A stretch of 61,154 nt of DNA from positions 10,531,821-10,592,974 of the forward strand of contig NC_068988.1 in the NCBI RefSeq assembly GCF_001194135.2, in the 5' to 3' direction. Numbering within the stretch: the first letter of the stretch is position 1; the number at the start of each line of letters is the position of its first letter. Position numbers and translations under genes: made by a program. The stretch comes from Octopus bimaculoides. Its lineage: Eukaryota. Of the stretch, positions 1-12,516 are shown piece after piece. The notes beneath the pieces are model-generated. The model was not told where the DNA came from. It was given only the letters and a program-made list of their open reading frames with translations, and made no database searches.

Positions 1-463
1 TATTTATACATACATACATACACACTCACACATATATATTCATGTATTTAATTAAACGTAACATATATCTTGAAAAGTTAATCTATGGTAATAGAATACT
101 GATGCCTATGCAAGATTTCTTTAGCTTGATTTATTCATTTTGTAGCATAGTTTGATTCAGGATGAGTACAGATCTCTCTAAACTTATTCAAACCTACTTC
201 AGGAAGAATTTCTTTAACTGATAAGCTTACTCTAAGTTTCATTTTATTTTTTGTAGCAGCTTACTTATTCCTTATTCAAGATAATGTTATCAAGAAACTG
301 ATCAAATAATTGTCTTGATTTATTCTATTGAAATAATGTTTTATCTTATTGCATAGGACAAGGTTTAATCGATTATTCATCATATATTGATTCAAATAAT
401 TTCCACCTCTCATAAGTCATTCACTGTACAGCTATGTAAAGAAATAATTATTTAAAATACGCT

Positions 464-467
<4 letters not shown>

Positions 468-515
<48 letters not shown>

Positions 516-521
516 ACACAC
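468..521. repeat. (CA)n microsatellite
   Basis: Near-pure CA run read directly. Confidence 0.95.
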
Positions 522-540
522 ATATACATATAAGTATATA

Positions 541-905
541 CAGGGGTGGGACAAAATAACGGAAATACCTTAAAATTTCAAACTTTAAAATTTATTTTCA
601 TATGGCCGTCTTTAGCAGAAATTACAGCTTGAATTCTATAAGGTATGGACTCATACACAATTTGAATTTTTCCAAAGGAAGTTTGGTCCATTCTTCAGCT
701 AAAACAGTCTCCAGTTCTTCCTTGTTTTTCTAAGATGCAACATAAATATTCAGTAACATTGAAATCCTCGTGCCATTCAGCAACAACTTTAGCTGTGTGA
801 AATGGTGTATTATCATTCTGAAAGATTGTGTTTCCCTCCGGAAACAGTTTCGCAAACATAGGATGAATTTGATCAGATTAAATGCTTAGATAAACTTGAC
901 TATTA
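541..905 (-). mobile_element. Tc1-type (DD34E) transposon 3' remnant with terminal inverted repeat
   Basis: TA at 539-540 followed by CAGGGGTGGGACAAAATAACGGAAATACC. The minus strand translates in pieces as IFQNDNTPFHTAKVVAEWHED, NVTEYLCCILEKQ, ELETVLAEEWTKLPLEK and YESIPYRIQAVISAKDGH, matching the Tc1 C-terminus. The WPxxSPDL segment is deleted. Confidence 0.85.
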
Positions 906-1042
906 ACTTTGCTATGAAGCGATCCCATTGGTCCGGCGGACGGACTGCCAAGCTATAGCCCTACCCCGATCATCACAGATCATCCTCCATACACACACAC
1001 ACACACACACACACGCAGCACACACAGACACACACACACACG

Positions 1043-1093
<51 letters not shown>

Positions 1094-1903
1094 AATATAT
1101 ATATACATAGACATTTACACAAATAAAGAATTACATTACATAAAATAAAATATAATGTCCGGACACGAAACCTTGCTCACTATCATTACTTTCCTTAATA
1201 TTATTATTATCATTATTATTATTATTGTCATTAACATAACAATTTTATTAATATTGCTGTGATTGTCATTTTTGTTGCTTTTGTTGTTGTATTGTCATCA
1301 GGAATGTCATTTGCCATTTGATTATTTCTACCGTTCTCATTACCCCTAATGTCAAATCCATTATCGTTACTACTACGGTCATTATACCACATTCATATAA
1401 GCCCTTCCTGCCATTATCTACGGATGTAACAATACTCTCGATAGAGTTCTTCGTATTATACAAATTGCCATTGTAATTACAACAATTGCCGTTACTGCAG
1501 TTTACCTTAAATTTGCTGCCGTTTTTATTATGCCATTTACAGTTTAGAATAGTATTTACCATTTCCCCCTACTTGATTAGAATTCATATTTATATTTCTT
1601 ACACTTCGATCATAATATCAGGTTAAATTACTATTTCGCTTATTAATACCTACCATAACAGACCCAGGGTTAAGAGATCTGGCGAAACAGCGGTATGATT
1701 TCACTCTCCTTATTGATGATGATATGATAGGATCTATCAATATTCCACTACTTAGTATTCTATTTCGTCCGAATTAAGTTTCAAATTATTAATTCATGTG
1801 AAGAAAATTGTATTTTTCATGATATAATTGAATTATCCATAAATGAACACGCCTCTGGAATCGCCGTAATGAAGCTATAAGAAATTTCTGCTTTTATATA
1901 TAG

Positions 1904-1952
<49 letters not shown>

Positions 1953-2190
1953 TGTGTATGCATGCATGTATACATGTATATATGTGTATGCATCTATATG
2001 TATGTATGTATATATATACATATATACATTTACATATATACATGATTATACGCATTACCATATATATAGACCTTGATAGAGAAATATGCAGACAGTCAGA
2101 TAGATAGATAGATAGATAGAAATAGTGATAGAGTAAACTTCGAACTTATAATACTTGCCCGATTTGTTACTTTGGATAAAAAATTTTGTT

Positions 2191-2347
2191 CATATTACAT
2201 TATTTACATTATTTGCATTCGACGGATATTTGTCCTCAACTCGTTTCTTGTTAACACAGCTTTTCGGCTGATATACCCTCCAGCCTTCTTCAGATGTCTT
2301 TGGGAAATTTCGAACCTGGGTTCTCATTTCTAAGGTATTTTGCGATG
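2191..2347 (-). mobile_element. Repeat tail with Penelope-terminus / minimal hammerhead-like motif
   Basis: Minus strand reads GACAT-CTGAAGA-A-GGCTG-gagggtatat-CAGCC-GAAA-agct-GTGTT (core 2293 to 2262) and ends in (AATAATGTA)-like repeats. Confidence 0.6.
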
Positions 2348-2380
2348 TTATTATTATCATTATTATTATCATCATCATCA

Positions 2381-2411
<31 letters not shown>

Positions 2412-2414
2412 AAT

Positions 2415-2675
2415 AAGGCGGCGAGCTGGCAGAAACGTTAGTACGCCGGACGAAATGCTTAGCAGTATTTCGTCTACCGTTACGTTCTGAGTTCAAATTC
2501 CGCCGAGGTCGACTTTGCCTTTCATCCTTTCGGGGTCGATAAATTAAGTACCAGTTACGCACTGGGGTCGATGTAATCGACTTAATCCCTTTGTCTGTCC
2601 TTGTTTGTCCCGTCTATGTTTAGCCCCTTGTGGGCAATAAAAAATAAAAAAAATTAAAAATTAAAAAATAAAAAA
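2415..2675 (+). mobile_element. tRNA-derived SINE, family A, well preserved
   Basis: Starts AAGGCGGCGAGCTGGCAGAA; B-box GTTCAAATTCC at 2491; central GCCTTTCATCCTTTCGGGGTCGATAAATTAAGTACCAG; A-rich tail; (ATT)n on both sides. Homologous copies occur elsewhere in the window. Confidence 0.9.
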
Positions 2676-2689
2676 TTATTATTATTATT

Positions 2690-2775
2690 ACTGTTATCTT
2701 CCAGGTCACTTCTTGGAATCGAACTCGGGATCTTGGTGTTAGTAGACCGCGCTCTTAATCACTGCACCATATGCA
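2690..2775 (-). mobile_element. tRNA-like SINE head (family D)
   Basis: Minus strand GCATATGGTGCAGTGATTAAGAGCGCGG...GAGTTCGATTCC. A-box-like sequence at 2769-2757 and B-box at 2724-2715, running into (AAT)n. No proper acceptor stem, so not a tRNA gene. Confidence 0.7.
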
Positions 2776-3769
2776 CGGATGATGTCGAAATGCGCCTGTT
2801 GAATGAATCAAAAAAACATATCAGGAGCTTGATGCTGCCATCATTCCACTGTATTTTTTCATGTTAAGTATGCATGCGCGCCTTTTCCTGTGCATATATA
2901 ATTATCTGAACATCTGATGGGCTTCCGTTATGGTGTATACCACTGGAACTTATTTGTTATGAACGACTGTGATGTGCATTGTTATACAAATTTAACATAG
3001 TTATCTGTTTTGAAATTTAATAGTTTTCCAAGTAAAAACAAATATTTTCTTTATTAGGATATTGTAAAGGAACGCAAGATCATTTATCGTGATCAGATAC
3101 CATGGAATTACATGAATGTGTCTTCAACTTAAGGATTTAGAACATATATTCTATGATATACTTTAATCCTTCGCCTTAAATCTGGCACAAATCAAGACAT
3201 AAATACGGCTATAGGAAATGCATTCAAATCAGTGAGAAACAATATTTCGGGCTCAAACAGTTACTTGTCGCCAAAAATCAATGTAGATTTTAGAAGTATG
3301 CATGATCAGTCAGTTTTCACACATCACATCTGCTGGACAATCAGGAAATGCAGTTATCTGGCGTAAAGTGTTTAGAAAATATTAATTAGCTGTTTATTGC
3401 TAATGTAGTACGTATAGGAATTACGAGTATTTAGGATTCCGACGGTATCGTAATAATGAATCTAATTTGATATCCCTTGTTTAAGAAGCTACGAAATGAT
3501 ATTTAGAACATCGAATTTCTCTTATAAGTGCATCTAAGAATTAAAATGCAATGCATGTTTCTCATTTATGTGTTCCATTTTCTAAATAAATGGATTACAG
3601 CGACATATATAGGGACTCACTGACGTAAACACATATATGCATATATATACATATATATATATATATNNNNNNNNNNNNNNNNNNNNNNNNNNNNNNNNNN
3701 NNNNNNNNNNNNNNNNNNNNNNNNNNNNNNNNNNNNATATGTATATATATATGTATGTATGTGTATATG

Positions 3770-3825
<56 letters not shown>

Positions 3826-4667
3826 CGTGTGTGTGTGTGTGTACAAATGCACATATATATGTACACAAACATACATGCACGCACACGCACATGCATATAA
3901 ATGTATATGTATATACATGCATATATCTATATATATACAGATGCAAAAGTACACTTTGTCTGTTACTTATATATGAGCACGCACGTAATGTACTTTTACG
4001 AATCATTCTATATTACTAACAAAATAATATGCTAATATCATAGAGGTTTCCGTTGCTATTCATATGCTACATGACCTACATGTTTATGTGATTAGTTTGG
4101 GAATTAGCTTGCTGTAATGTAGTTTGCACAGATAAAAACAAGAATCGGATATACCTAATGCAGTAAGTTATACATTGATGTACCAACCATTTGCAGTGTG
4201 CATTCTTTTGCGGTGAAAGGATTCTAAATTTTGTATAACACATGCATTGCATTATGTTGAATAACAAGGATCAGTGTTCAACGAACAAATATATTTCAAT
4301 ATTGTAATGCTTTTATTCCCTTTCATTCCGTCTAACAAAACACGTAATTGGGGAATTATAGATGTGTACATTTATGCAAATATACACATATATTTTCATC
4401 GTCGTCGTGTTGATCAAAACCCTCACCACCACCATAGGTATATGTATATACATATGCNNNNNNNNNNNNNNNNNNNNNNNNNNNNNNNNNNNNNNNNNNN
4501 NNNNNNNNNNNNNNNNNNNNNNNNNNNNNNNNNNNNNNNNNNNNNNNNNNNNNNNNNNNNNNNNNNNNNNNNNNNNNNNNNNNNNNNNNNNNNNNNNNNN
4601 NNNNNNNNNNNNNNNNNNNNNNNNNNNNNNNNNNNNNNNNNNNNNNNNATATATATATATATATATA

Positions 4668-4830
4668 GGTGAAATAGTTGGTATGTGAGTGAAAGCACGT
4701 AGTTCGATGTATAAAAGACAAAATAGAGTGAAAAAGCTACAGAAGGCTGGTGTTATGTGCTTAAAGAATATATTTAAATCGTTGTGTTATAAAAAATATT
4801 ACAAAATTTTGCCTATAGTAACATTGTTTT
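4668..4830 (+). repeat. Unclassified dispersed repeat, copy 1
   Basis: GTTGGTATGTG...GAAAGCACGT.GTT.GATGTATAAAAGA...AGAGTGAAAAA.CTACAGAAGGCT.GTGTTA is shared with 59671-59835; both copies follow (TA)n. Confidence 0.75.
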
Positions 4831-6337
4831 GGGAGAAATAACCGGTTTCGTATTTTCTTTTGAAATTTCTCACATTTCTTTACCTACATTGTGTCATTTC
4901 TTCGCTATCTTGTGAAATTTGGAGTTCCACACAGGAGAAGGAAATCATGGACTTTTTCGGTATAAGGGAGATAATCAAAAATGTCGAGGATGACTAGCTT
5001 TTATTAATTTAACATAATTTGGTTTAGTAAGAATGGACTGTTACAAGTGGTTAGTTTTGCCTTATATTTTTCAATGAATTATGTTTCTTTATTTAAACTA
5101 ATTTGTGTTGGTGTTCCAATTGCACATTGATAACATGGAGAGATTAGAAAACGTGGTAGCAGTTGCTTTGCGAATTTCTCAATATGTTCCTTATAGGGTA
5201 TCATTCTGTATTCTAGGAATAACTTATCTGATGCCCAGCGACGATTTTCACCAGATCCAAGATTGTAGAGTGCAATTCACTACACAGTCTGATATAAAAT
5301 ATTATCTTTTACCTGTTTTAGATATTGGACTGCACGCGTATTAGAGTGCAACCTTGAAGTATTTTAGTTGTAATAATCGTTTATTGCTGTTAGATTACAA
5401 CATTTGTCAATATAAATGTACACACACTCACACACACACACACACATACATGAATAACGGTACTCAAATAACAGTTTTCATCCCTATGCTGCATGTACGT
5501 ATTGGTGTGATGAGAGCCACGTCATCCACTTGCAAGAAATAGACTGGACCGAGCGATTATAAATTGTAGCGGTCGAAGTGAATTTTGTTAGTTCGAGTAG
5601 AGTTCGCAGTGAAGTCGGAAGGTGTCGGTAGGATACTTCGTTTGAATACTGATGTTTGTTTGTGAAGAGTCCACAAAATTGAAATGGTACTTATTCCATC
5701 GACCACTTATTACCGAAACGCTAATTAACCTAGTCCTGAAAGAATTGACAAGGGCTGAAATGATAAAATATTCAGTTGATTTCATTCACTAATCCCTGCA
5801 GAACCTATACAATTTGATTACCATTATATATTTTCGAGTGATGTATTTCTCAAAACATTTTACGTTTAGAAAAACCTTTATTTTTACCATTGTCAACAAA
5901 TAGTACAAAATCGATATATTTGAACACTTTTTAAAACTATAATCTTTGATATCTAGCAATTTCATATGTGATGTTTGTATCATATACTACTTCGAAAAAA
6001 AAAATTCCAAGAAAAATTGTTTTTATGTAAAATTATTTATAGATATATTGATTAATAATGTTTTGCAGGCTACATACTGCGTTCAATACTAGGTGTATGC
6101 CTATAAACATGTAAACATGTTTGTAGGCGTATAACCATCTCTGTGTATATATTTAATTATCCCTGTCAGGCATTTTCCTCATACACTTGCAATTTCTATA
6201 AAGCTATGTATATATGTATTTGTGTAGTTTCTCCGGTCCAAAATATATGTATTTGTACATGTCTCGGCTAAGAAGATATTGATATACAGATATAATTATA
6301 CTGGGATGCGTTTCAAGCTGTATAATATATATATATA

Positions 6338-7102
6338 AACAACAGACCTGATCATGAGAGCTGTCCAGTCCGAGCAGAAAACAGACAGAAATTGGGAGGT
6401 GAAGGAAACTGTAGAGGTAGCTAAAGAGAGCCAAAGGATGAGAGAGATCATTGGGCACACTCAGACCAACAAACAAGGGCTTGGTTCCTCTAAAACTGAA
6501 TGGTGGTCCAAGACCACAGGAAATGCGAAGAGAGATTTGGTGATCGAACAGATCAGGGAAGAGGAAAACAAAGGAAGGCTTCAGAAGGCAGTGCAACAAT
6601 GTAAACAGGGACAATGGACAGCATAGAAAAGTGCTCTCGGAAGAATCCTGAGCTGGAACGACCTGTGACACATGGCACCGCTCAGGATAAGCTTCATTCT
6701 CAGATCAGTGTATGACCTCCTACCCTCAAATACCAACCTGGCAAAAATGGGGGATATCTGAGGACCCCATCCTGTCCGCTCTGCAACGGAAGACAGACAG
6801 TGGAGCACGTTTCTCAGCTCTTGCAAAACAGCCCTCATTCAAGGGAGATACATTTGGAAGAACAATCAAGAGCTGAAAGAGCTTGCTGAAGCGGTCGAAT
6901 TCAATAAGACCAAGAGAAAATGACGAAACACAGAACCCGTGACATGGCGTACTAAACCAGACAGCAGATGGACGTCCGAGAATCATGACTCGGATGTGGC
7001 CCGACCCTACTAGACGGTAAGGAGTTAAGGGCCGAAACACTTGCCTAATGGGGGTTTCCCTACTGAGGACCACCTGCTGATATGCTCTCTCCGAGTTTCT
7101 TT

Positions 7103-7103
<1 letters not shown>
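6338..7103 (+). mobile_element. HERO-like (R2 superfamily, RLE-type) non-LTR retrotransposon 3' fragment, decayed
   Basis: Translates through stops and frameshifts as REIIGHTQTNKQGLG..EWWSK..KAVQQCKQGQWT..LSWNDL..PLRISFILRSVYDLLPSNTNL..CPLCNGRQTVEHVLSSCKTALIQGRYIWKNNQELKELAE. The CCHC knuckle followed by QGRYxW is typical of HERO. The endonuclease domain is absent. (TA)n on both sides. Confidence 0.8.
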
Positions 7104-7137
<34 letters not shown>

Positions 7138-8013
7138 CTGTGTAAATTATAGGGTTAAACATGATTTATCACCTGTGGTTTGCATGCGTAATAAAAGGCA
7201 TAAAACAGCACACAGAGAGAAGACCTTTGGCAGGACTTCTTACATGCTAAAAAGGGCAGTTAAAACAAAACCCAGTACAAAATATATAGAATATATAATA
7301 TGATACAGTATAAAACGGTAGGGTATGTATAACATCATAACAGGCAGAGAAATAGTTTTTGCTTTTATGTTACGAAATAACGTATTGTGTTACTGGAAAT
7401 TTCGTCGTGTTAAAAAAACTTTCATCACACTATTTCTCTGCCATTTCTGACTATATATATANNNNNNNNNNNNNNNNNNNNNNNNNNNNNNNNNNNNNNN
7501 NNNNNNNNNNNNNNNNNNNNNNNNNNNNNNNNNNNNNNNNNNNNNNNNNNNNNNNNNNNNNNNNNNNNNNNNNNNNNNNNNNNNNNNNNNNNNNNNNNNN
7601 NNNNNNNNNNNNNNNNNNNNNNNNNNNNNNNNNNNNNNNNNNNNNNNNNNNNNNNNNNNNNNNNNNNNNNNNNNNNNNNNNNNNNNNNNNNNNNNNNNNN
7701 NNNNNNNNNNNNNNNNNNNNNNNNNNNNNNNNNNNNNNNNNNNNNNNNNNNNNNNNNNNNNNNNNNNNNNNNNNNNNNNNNNNNNNNNNNNNNNNNNNNN
7801 NNNNNNNNNNNNNNNNNNNNNNNNNNNNNNNNNNNNNNNNNNNNNNNNNNNNNNNNNNNNNNNNNNNNNNNNNNNNNNNNNNNNNNNNNNNNNNNNNNNN
7901 NNNNNNNNNNNNNNNNNNNNNNNNNNNNNNNNNNNNNNNNNNNNNNNNNNNNNNNNNNNNNNNNNNNNNNNNNNNNNNNNNNNNNNNNNNNNNNNNNNNN
8001 NNNNNNNNNNNNN

Positions 8014-8049
<36 letters not shown>

Positions 8050-10352
8050 TATGTATGTGAATATATATTATATATGCATACATATATAGGTTTGTGATTG
8101 GCATACAATGCCAGTTTGATATGTAAACATTCTTCTGTTTGCCTTTGTGCAAAAGTTAAAAAAGAATCTACTGTTACATCATATCATTTGGAGTAAACAG
8201 TTACATGTCTTCTTGACATTGTTTGATGCGTTCCTTGGAAGCTATGCTGAAATTGTTTGATAAGCCTACAAGCATCAGAGTAGAACTAATGGTTTTATTT
8301 AACTATCTACCTTAGTGCTACACTTATACACAGGGTTATTTATTTGATGGCATACACACCAATATCATCATTGTTACGAATTTTTATTTTGGCTCACATC
8401 AAAAATTACATGCTATCCATACACGTATTTCAGCCTTGCAACCTACACATTTAATAGACTGCTGTTTTTTCTTCATCTCTTTTTATACATGCAAATACAC
8501 ACACACACATTCACACACAATCAAACACACACGTACGCACTCACAGACACACACATCACATGTATACATGTGTGGGTGTGTATGCATGTATGAATGTGGA
8601 TGCATGTTTGCATGNNNNNNNNNNNNNNNNNNNNNNNNNNNNNNNNNNNNNNNNNNNNNNNNNNNNNNNNNNNNNNNNNNNNNNNNNNNNNNNNNNNNNN
8701 NNNNNNNNNNNNNNNNNNNNNNNNNNNNNNNNNNNNNNNNNNNNNNNNNNNNNNNNNNNNNNNNNNNNNNNNNNNNNNNNNNNNNNNNNNNNNNNNNNNN
8801 NNNNNNNNNNNNNNNNATATATATATATATATATATATATACATGCATATATACAGATAGATAGTACATACACATATACAGATAGATAGATGGAAAGATA
8901 GCTAGATAGACAGATATTTATTCTTTGTGAATGTGTTTCTACGCGTGTGTGTGTGTATGCATGTATGCATGCATTTATGTTTGTGTATGTATATATATCT
9001 AATGGAAATAGCTCGTTGGAAGCCACGAACCTGCATTCAATTTTCTGCAGAGAATTTTGGTTTACATGAATTGTAGCAAATGCAGATATTTGTAATCAAG
9101 AAATAGCTACAATTAAATATATATTTGCTTTTAAGTAGTTCCCTTTATATGGCACCATTATCCTCACGAGATTTGAGGGATTATGTTTGATTTCTTCCTT
9201 CGTATATGTATCGCCATACTATGTCTGGAAACTGTATACTCGGATATGAAGACTTTGGTTTAAATTTATACACATATATAAGACAAGAGGAACACATAAG
9301 CCACATATACCTGGGTATATCTCCGTCAATATTTCCCTACATAAATCGGCGATGACACCACAAAACTACTCAGAAAGAACTTAATAGATCATATCAGATG
9401 GTTTTTAAGTTAGACACGGCTTGCGCTAGATTCGACTGAAACATAGGCAAGTTATTTTCTATATTATGATGTAATACTACCTTATATATACATATATAAG
9501 GTAGTATACACTTCTAAGGAAACATTTGAAAACATTTAGCGCCAAGTGATCATCATTTTCTGAAGTGAGTTTGCTGAGAACTTATACCCGCTTATGCAAA
9601 ATACAAAATGTATAAATAGCAATAATATAGATTGCATCAACTGGAAGGCAGTTAAAAGGTATTCGCCTGATTCTCAGATAAAATATTTTCTAACAAAAAA
9701 AAAAAAAAATTAATGTTCTTTCGGAGTGATTTTTTTTTTTTTTAGTTTAGTTACTTATTTGGTATATACATTTATGAAGCGGTTTTATATATCGAAAGGA
9801 GCAAATTAATGATTATTCGAAAATAGAGAAGCAAATTGCGAAAAAGAAAGAAAGAAATATTACAAAATGTGCTAGCATTTACTTTTACAAAATCAAAATA
9901 TATTGTGAAATTGGAAGAGATATATTTTCTTCTACTATGCTAATTAACTGTGCGTGAAGTAATGCAACTTTATAAGCGAGTAAGGTTTAGGAATGAGGAA
10001 ATGTACCTCAACTTCATATATCAGAGAACAAAAACCGAAATAAATGTGCTAGAAAGTGGAGCCCACGTACATAATTATGAGTTTCATTAATGAGGGTCAT
10101 TTCCGACATATATAGATATGGAGATGTAAAGAAATGTCGAAAAAAAAAATTAGAGATTAAATTGAGGAATTAGCGTACAAGAACACGATGTTATGCGCAT
10201 CAATAATTGAAATAGGATATACTACATTAGAAGTTCTTTTCTGTACTCCGCATCCAATACAAATACGCTTATAAGTCTATACACAGACGTGTGCACAAGT
10301 AAGGTGCGTATTCATACACATATGTATATATATATATACGTATGTGTGTGTA

Positions 10353-10392
<40 letters not shown>

Positions 10393-10398
10393 CATACG

Positions 10399-10465
10399 CC
10401 ATAGAAAGCGGGAACCGGGCCCTTGAGCTTGGCTAGGCTTTAAAAGGGCGCATTATAAAAAGATA
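10399..10465 (+). repeat. Probable short SINE 3' tail fragment
   Basis: GC-rich AGAAAGCGGGAACCGGGCCCTTGAGCTTGGCTAGGCTTTAAAAGGGCGCAT island after a microsatellite; resemblance to a SINE tail is from memory only. Confidence 0.35.
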
Positions 10466-11692
10466 ATTAATACATACATATATGCAAATATAAATAAATA
10501 CATCTCTTTATTGCTCTCATTTTCTGATTTGCGCTTTCATTGTAAGTATATATCTGCGTGTATCCACACATACATATGCACACACGCATGCATAGAAGCA
10601 TATTAGTATATCTGTGACTGCGCGTATATATTTTATAAAATTAGTTTTTATTTCCGTCGATTACTGCTTGTCACACATCTTTGCAGTAATTTTTAACCCA
10701 ATGATGCCACAACGTATTTTCCTAAAATGCTTTCAGCTTGATATAGATTTCAATATCATTATTACAACAAAATTATTCATTGCATTAGAAATTATGTCCT
10801 CTTATTTGTCTCATATAAAATAAAACCATTTATTGCAAAATATTTTCATATAGTAATCTACAATATTTTCTCAATATTCTGTATAAGATATTGAATATTC
10901 AAAAGTACGTAATATCAAATTAATGCGCATACTTCAAGCTTTGCTCTAGATAGTCGATAATGATCTGGGAAACGAGCGGAAGTGATCCTGATATAGACGA
11001 CAGTTTTTCTTTTCTGTGGGCGTAAGTAACTACGATCTAAAACACATACATAGACACTAAGATATATGTTTGTTTATGGTCCGACAAACGCATGTGTGAA
11101 TGTATGTTTTTCGCTATGCATTTAACATGCTACTGAGTGTAATATAGCAGTGTTTTTTTTGTTTGTTTGAAATATAAGTGGTTGAAAGAATATATGCTTT
11201 CAAACATACAGAGGTGTTTGCGAACTTCAAGCGGTATAACGAATGCGATATAATCATCATGGTCATCTTTCATCGAAAATCAGACATTGCCCTAAAAATC
11301 GTTTTATTTCTGGAGAACTACCTAGTATTCGAACTAGAGGTCGTTGCTATTTCTTGCAAGAGAAACTGCTGCAATAGTTTTGTAACTCAGCGCAGAATGA
11401 AGTTTCGTAACTAATGGAAAATATCTTCCAGATATGTGCATGCGAAGCTATAGTAAGTTGTTATATCAGAAATATTAAGGCAAAGCATAATTGTATCATT
11501 AAATGAATATGTATATATTTTCTAAGGCGGTTCCGTGTGTGCATGTGCGAGTGTATGTGTGTGTATGTGTGCACGTGTTGTGTGTGTACTCGTGTGTACA
11601 TATGCAGTTGACGTAGAGAGAGATACATTGAATGATAACTAGACCATATACTACAGTAAATTATGTATATATATTTAAATATATCTATATTA

Positions 11693-11713
11693 TAGATAGA
11701 CAGATAGATAGAT

Positions 11714-11759
<46 letters not shown>

Positions 11760-11800
11760 GTAGATAGATAGATAGATACATAGATAGATAAGTAGGTAGG
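11693..11800. repeat. (GATA)n/(GGTA)n microsatellite
   Basis: Read directly. Confidence 0.9.
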
Positions 11801-12001
11801 TAGATTAATGTTCCTCTTTCTTTACATATTTTTAGATTGCGTCTTCTTTGCATTTGTATATACATTTATTCATAATTGAGCTAACCTGATTACATATGTT
11901 GGCAATTAACCTTTTGTTAAGATGCATAGTTCCCAGTAAATTGCTACATGTAAATAACATTTAAGTATACCTATACCTGTATGTAAATATATATTACACA
12001 A

Positions 12002-12081
<80 letters not shown>

Positions 12082-12478
12082 NNNNNNNNNNNNNNNNNNN
12101 NNNNNNNNNNNNNNNNNNNNNNNNNNNNNNNNNNNNNNNNNNNNNNNNNNNNNNNNNNNNNNNNNNNNNNNNNNNNNNNNNNNNNNNNNNNNNNNNNNNN
12201 NNNNNNNNNNNNNNNNNNNNNNNNNNNNNNNNNNNNNNNNNNNNNNNNNNNNNNNNNNNNNNNNNNNNNNNNNNNNNNNNNNNNNNNNNNNNNNNNNNNN
12301 NNNNNNNNNNNNNNNNNNNNNNNNNNNNNNNNNNNNNNNNNNNNNNNNNNNNNNNNNNNNNNNNNNNNNNNNNNNNNNNNNNNNNNNNNNNNNNNNNNNN
12401 NNNNNNNNNNNNNNNNNNNNNNNNNNNNNNNNNNNNNNNNNNNNNNNNNNNNNNNNNNNNNNNNNNNNNNNNNNNNNN

Positions 12479-12516
<38 letters not shown>

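Noticed and set aside
1200-1562. 98-aa Asn/Cys-rich minus-strand ORF
   Set aside because: It lies in a degenerate (ATT/CAT)-derived low-complexity tract; no motif or splice support.
2700-2775. Possible tRNA gene
   Set aside because: A and B boxes are present but there is no paired acceptor stem, and it runs into a microsatellite; better explained as a SINE head.
5105-5344. 79-aa ORF with faint CR1-like ERLE..LGITYL pattern
   Set aside because: Similarity is too weak to call without an alignment.
6204-6671. 155-aa minus-strand ORF
   Set aside because: Antisense shadow of the HERO coding strand.
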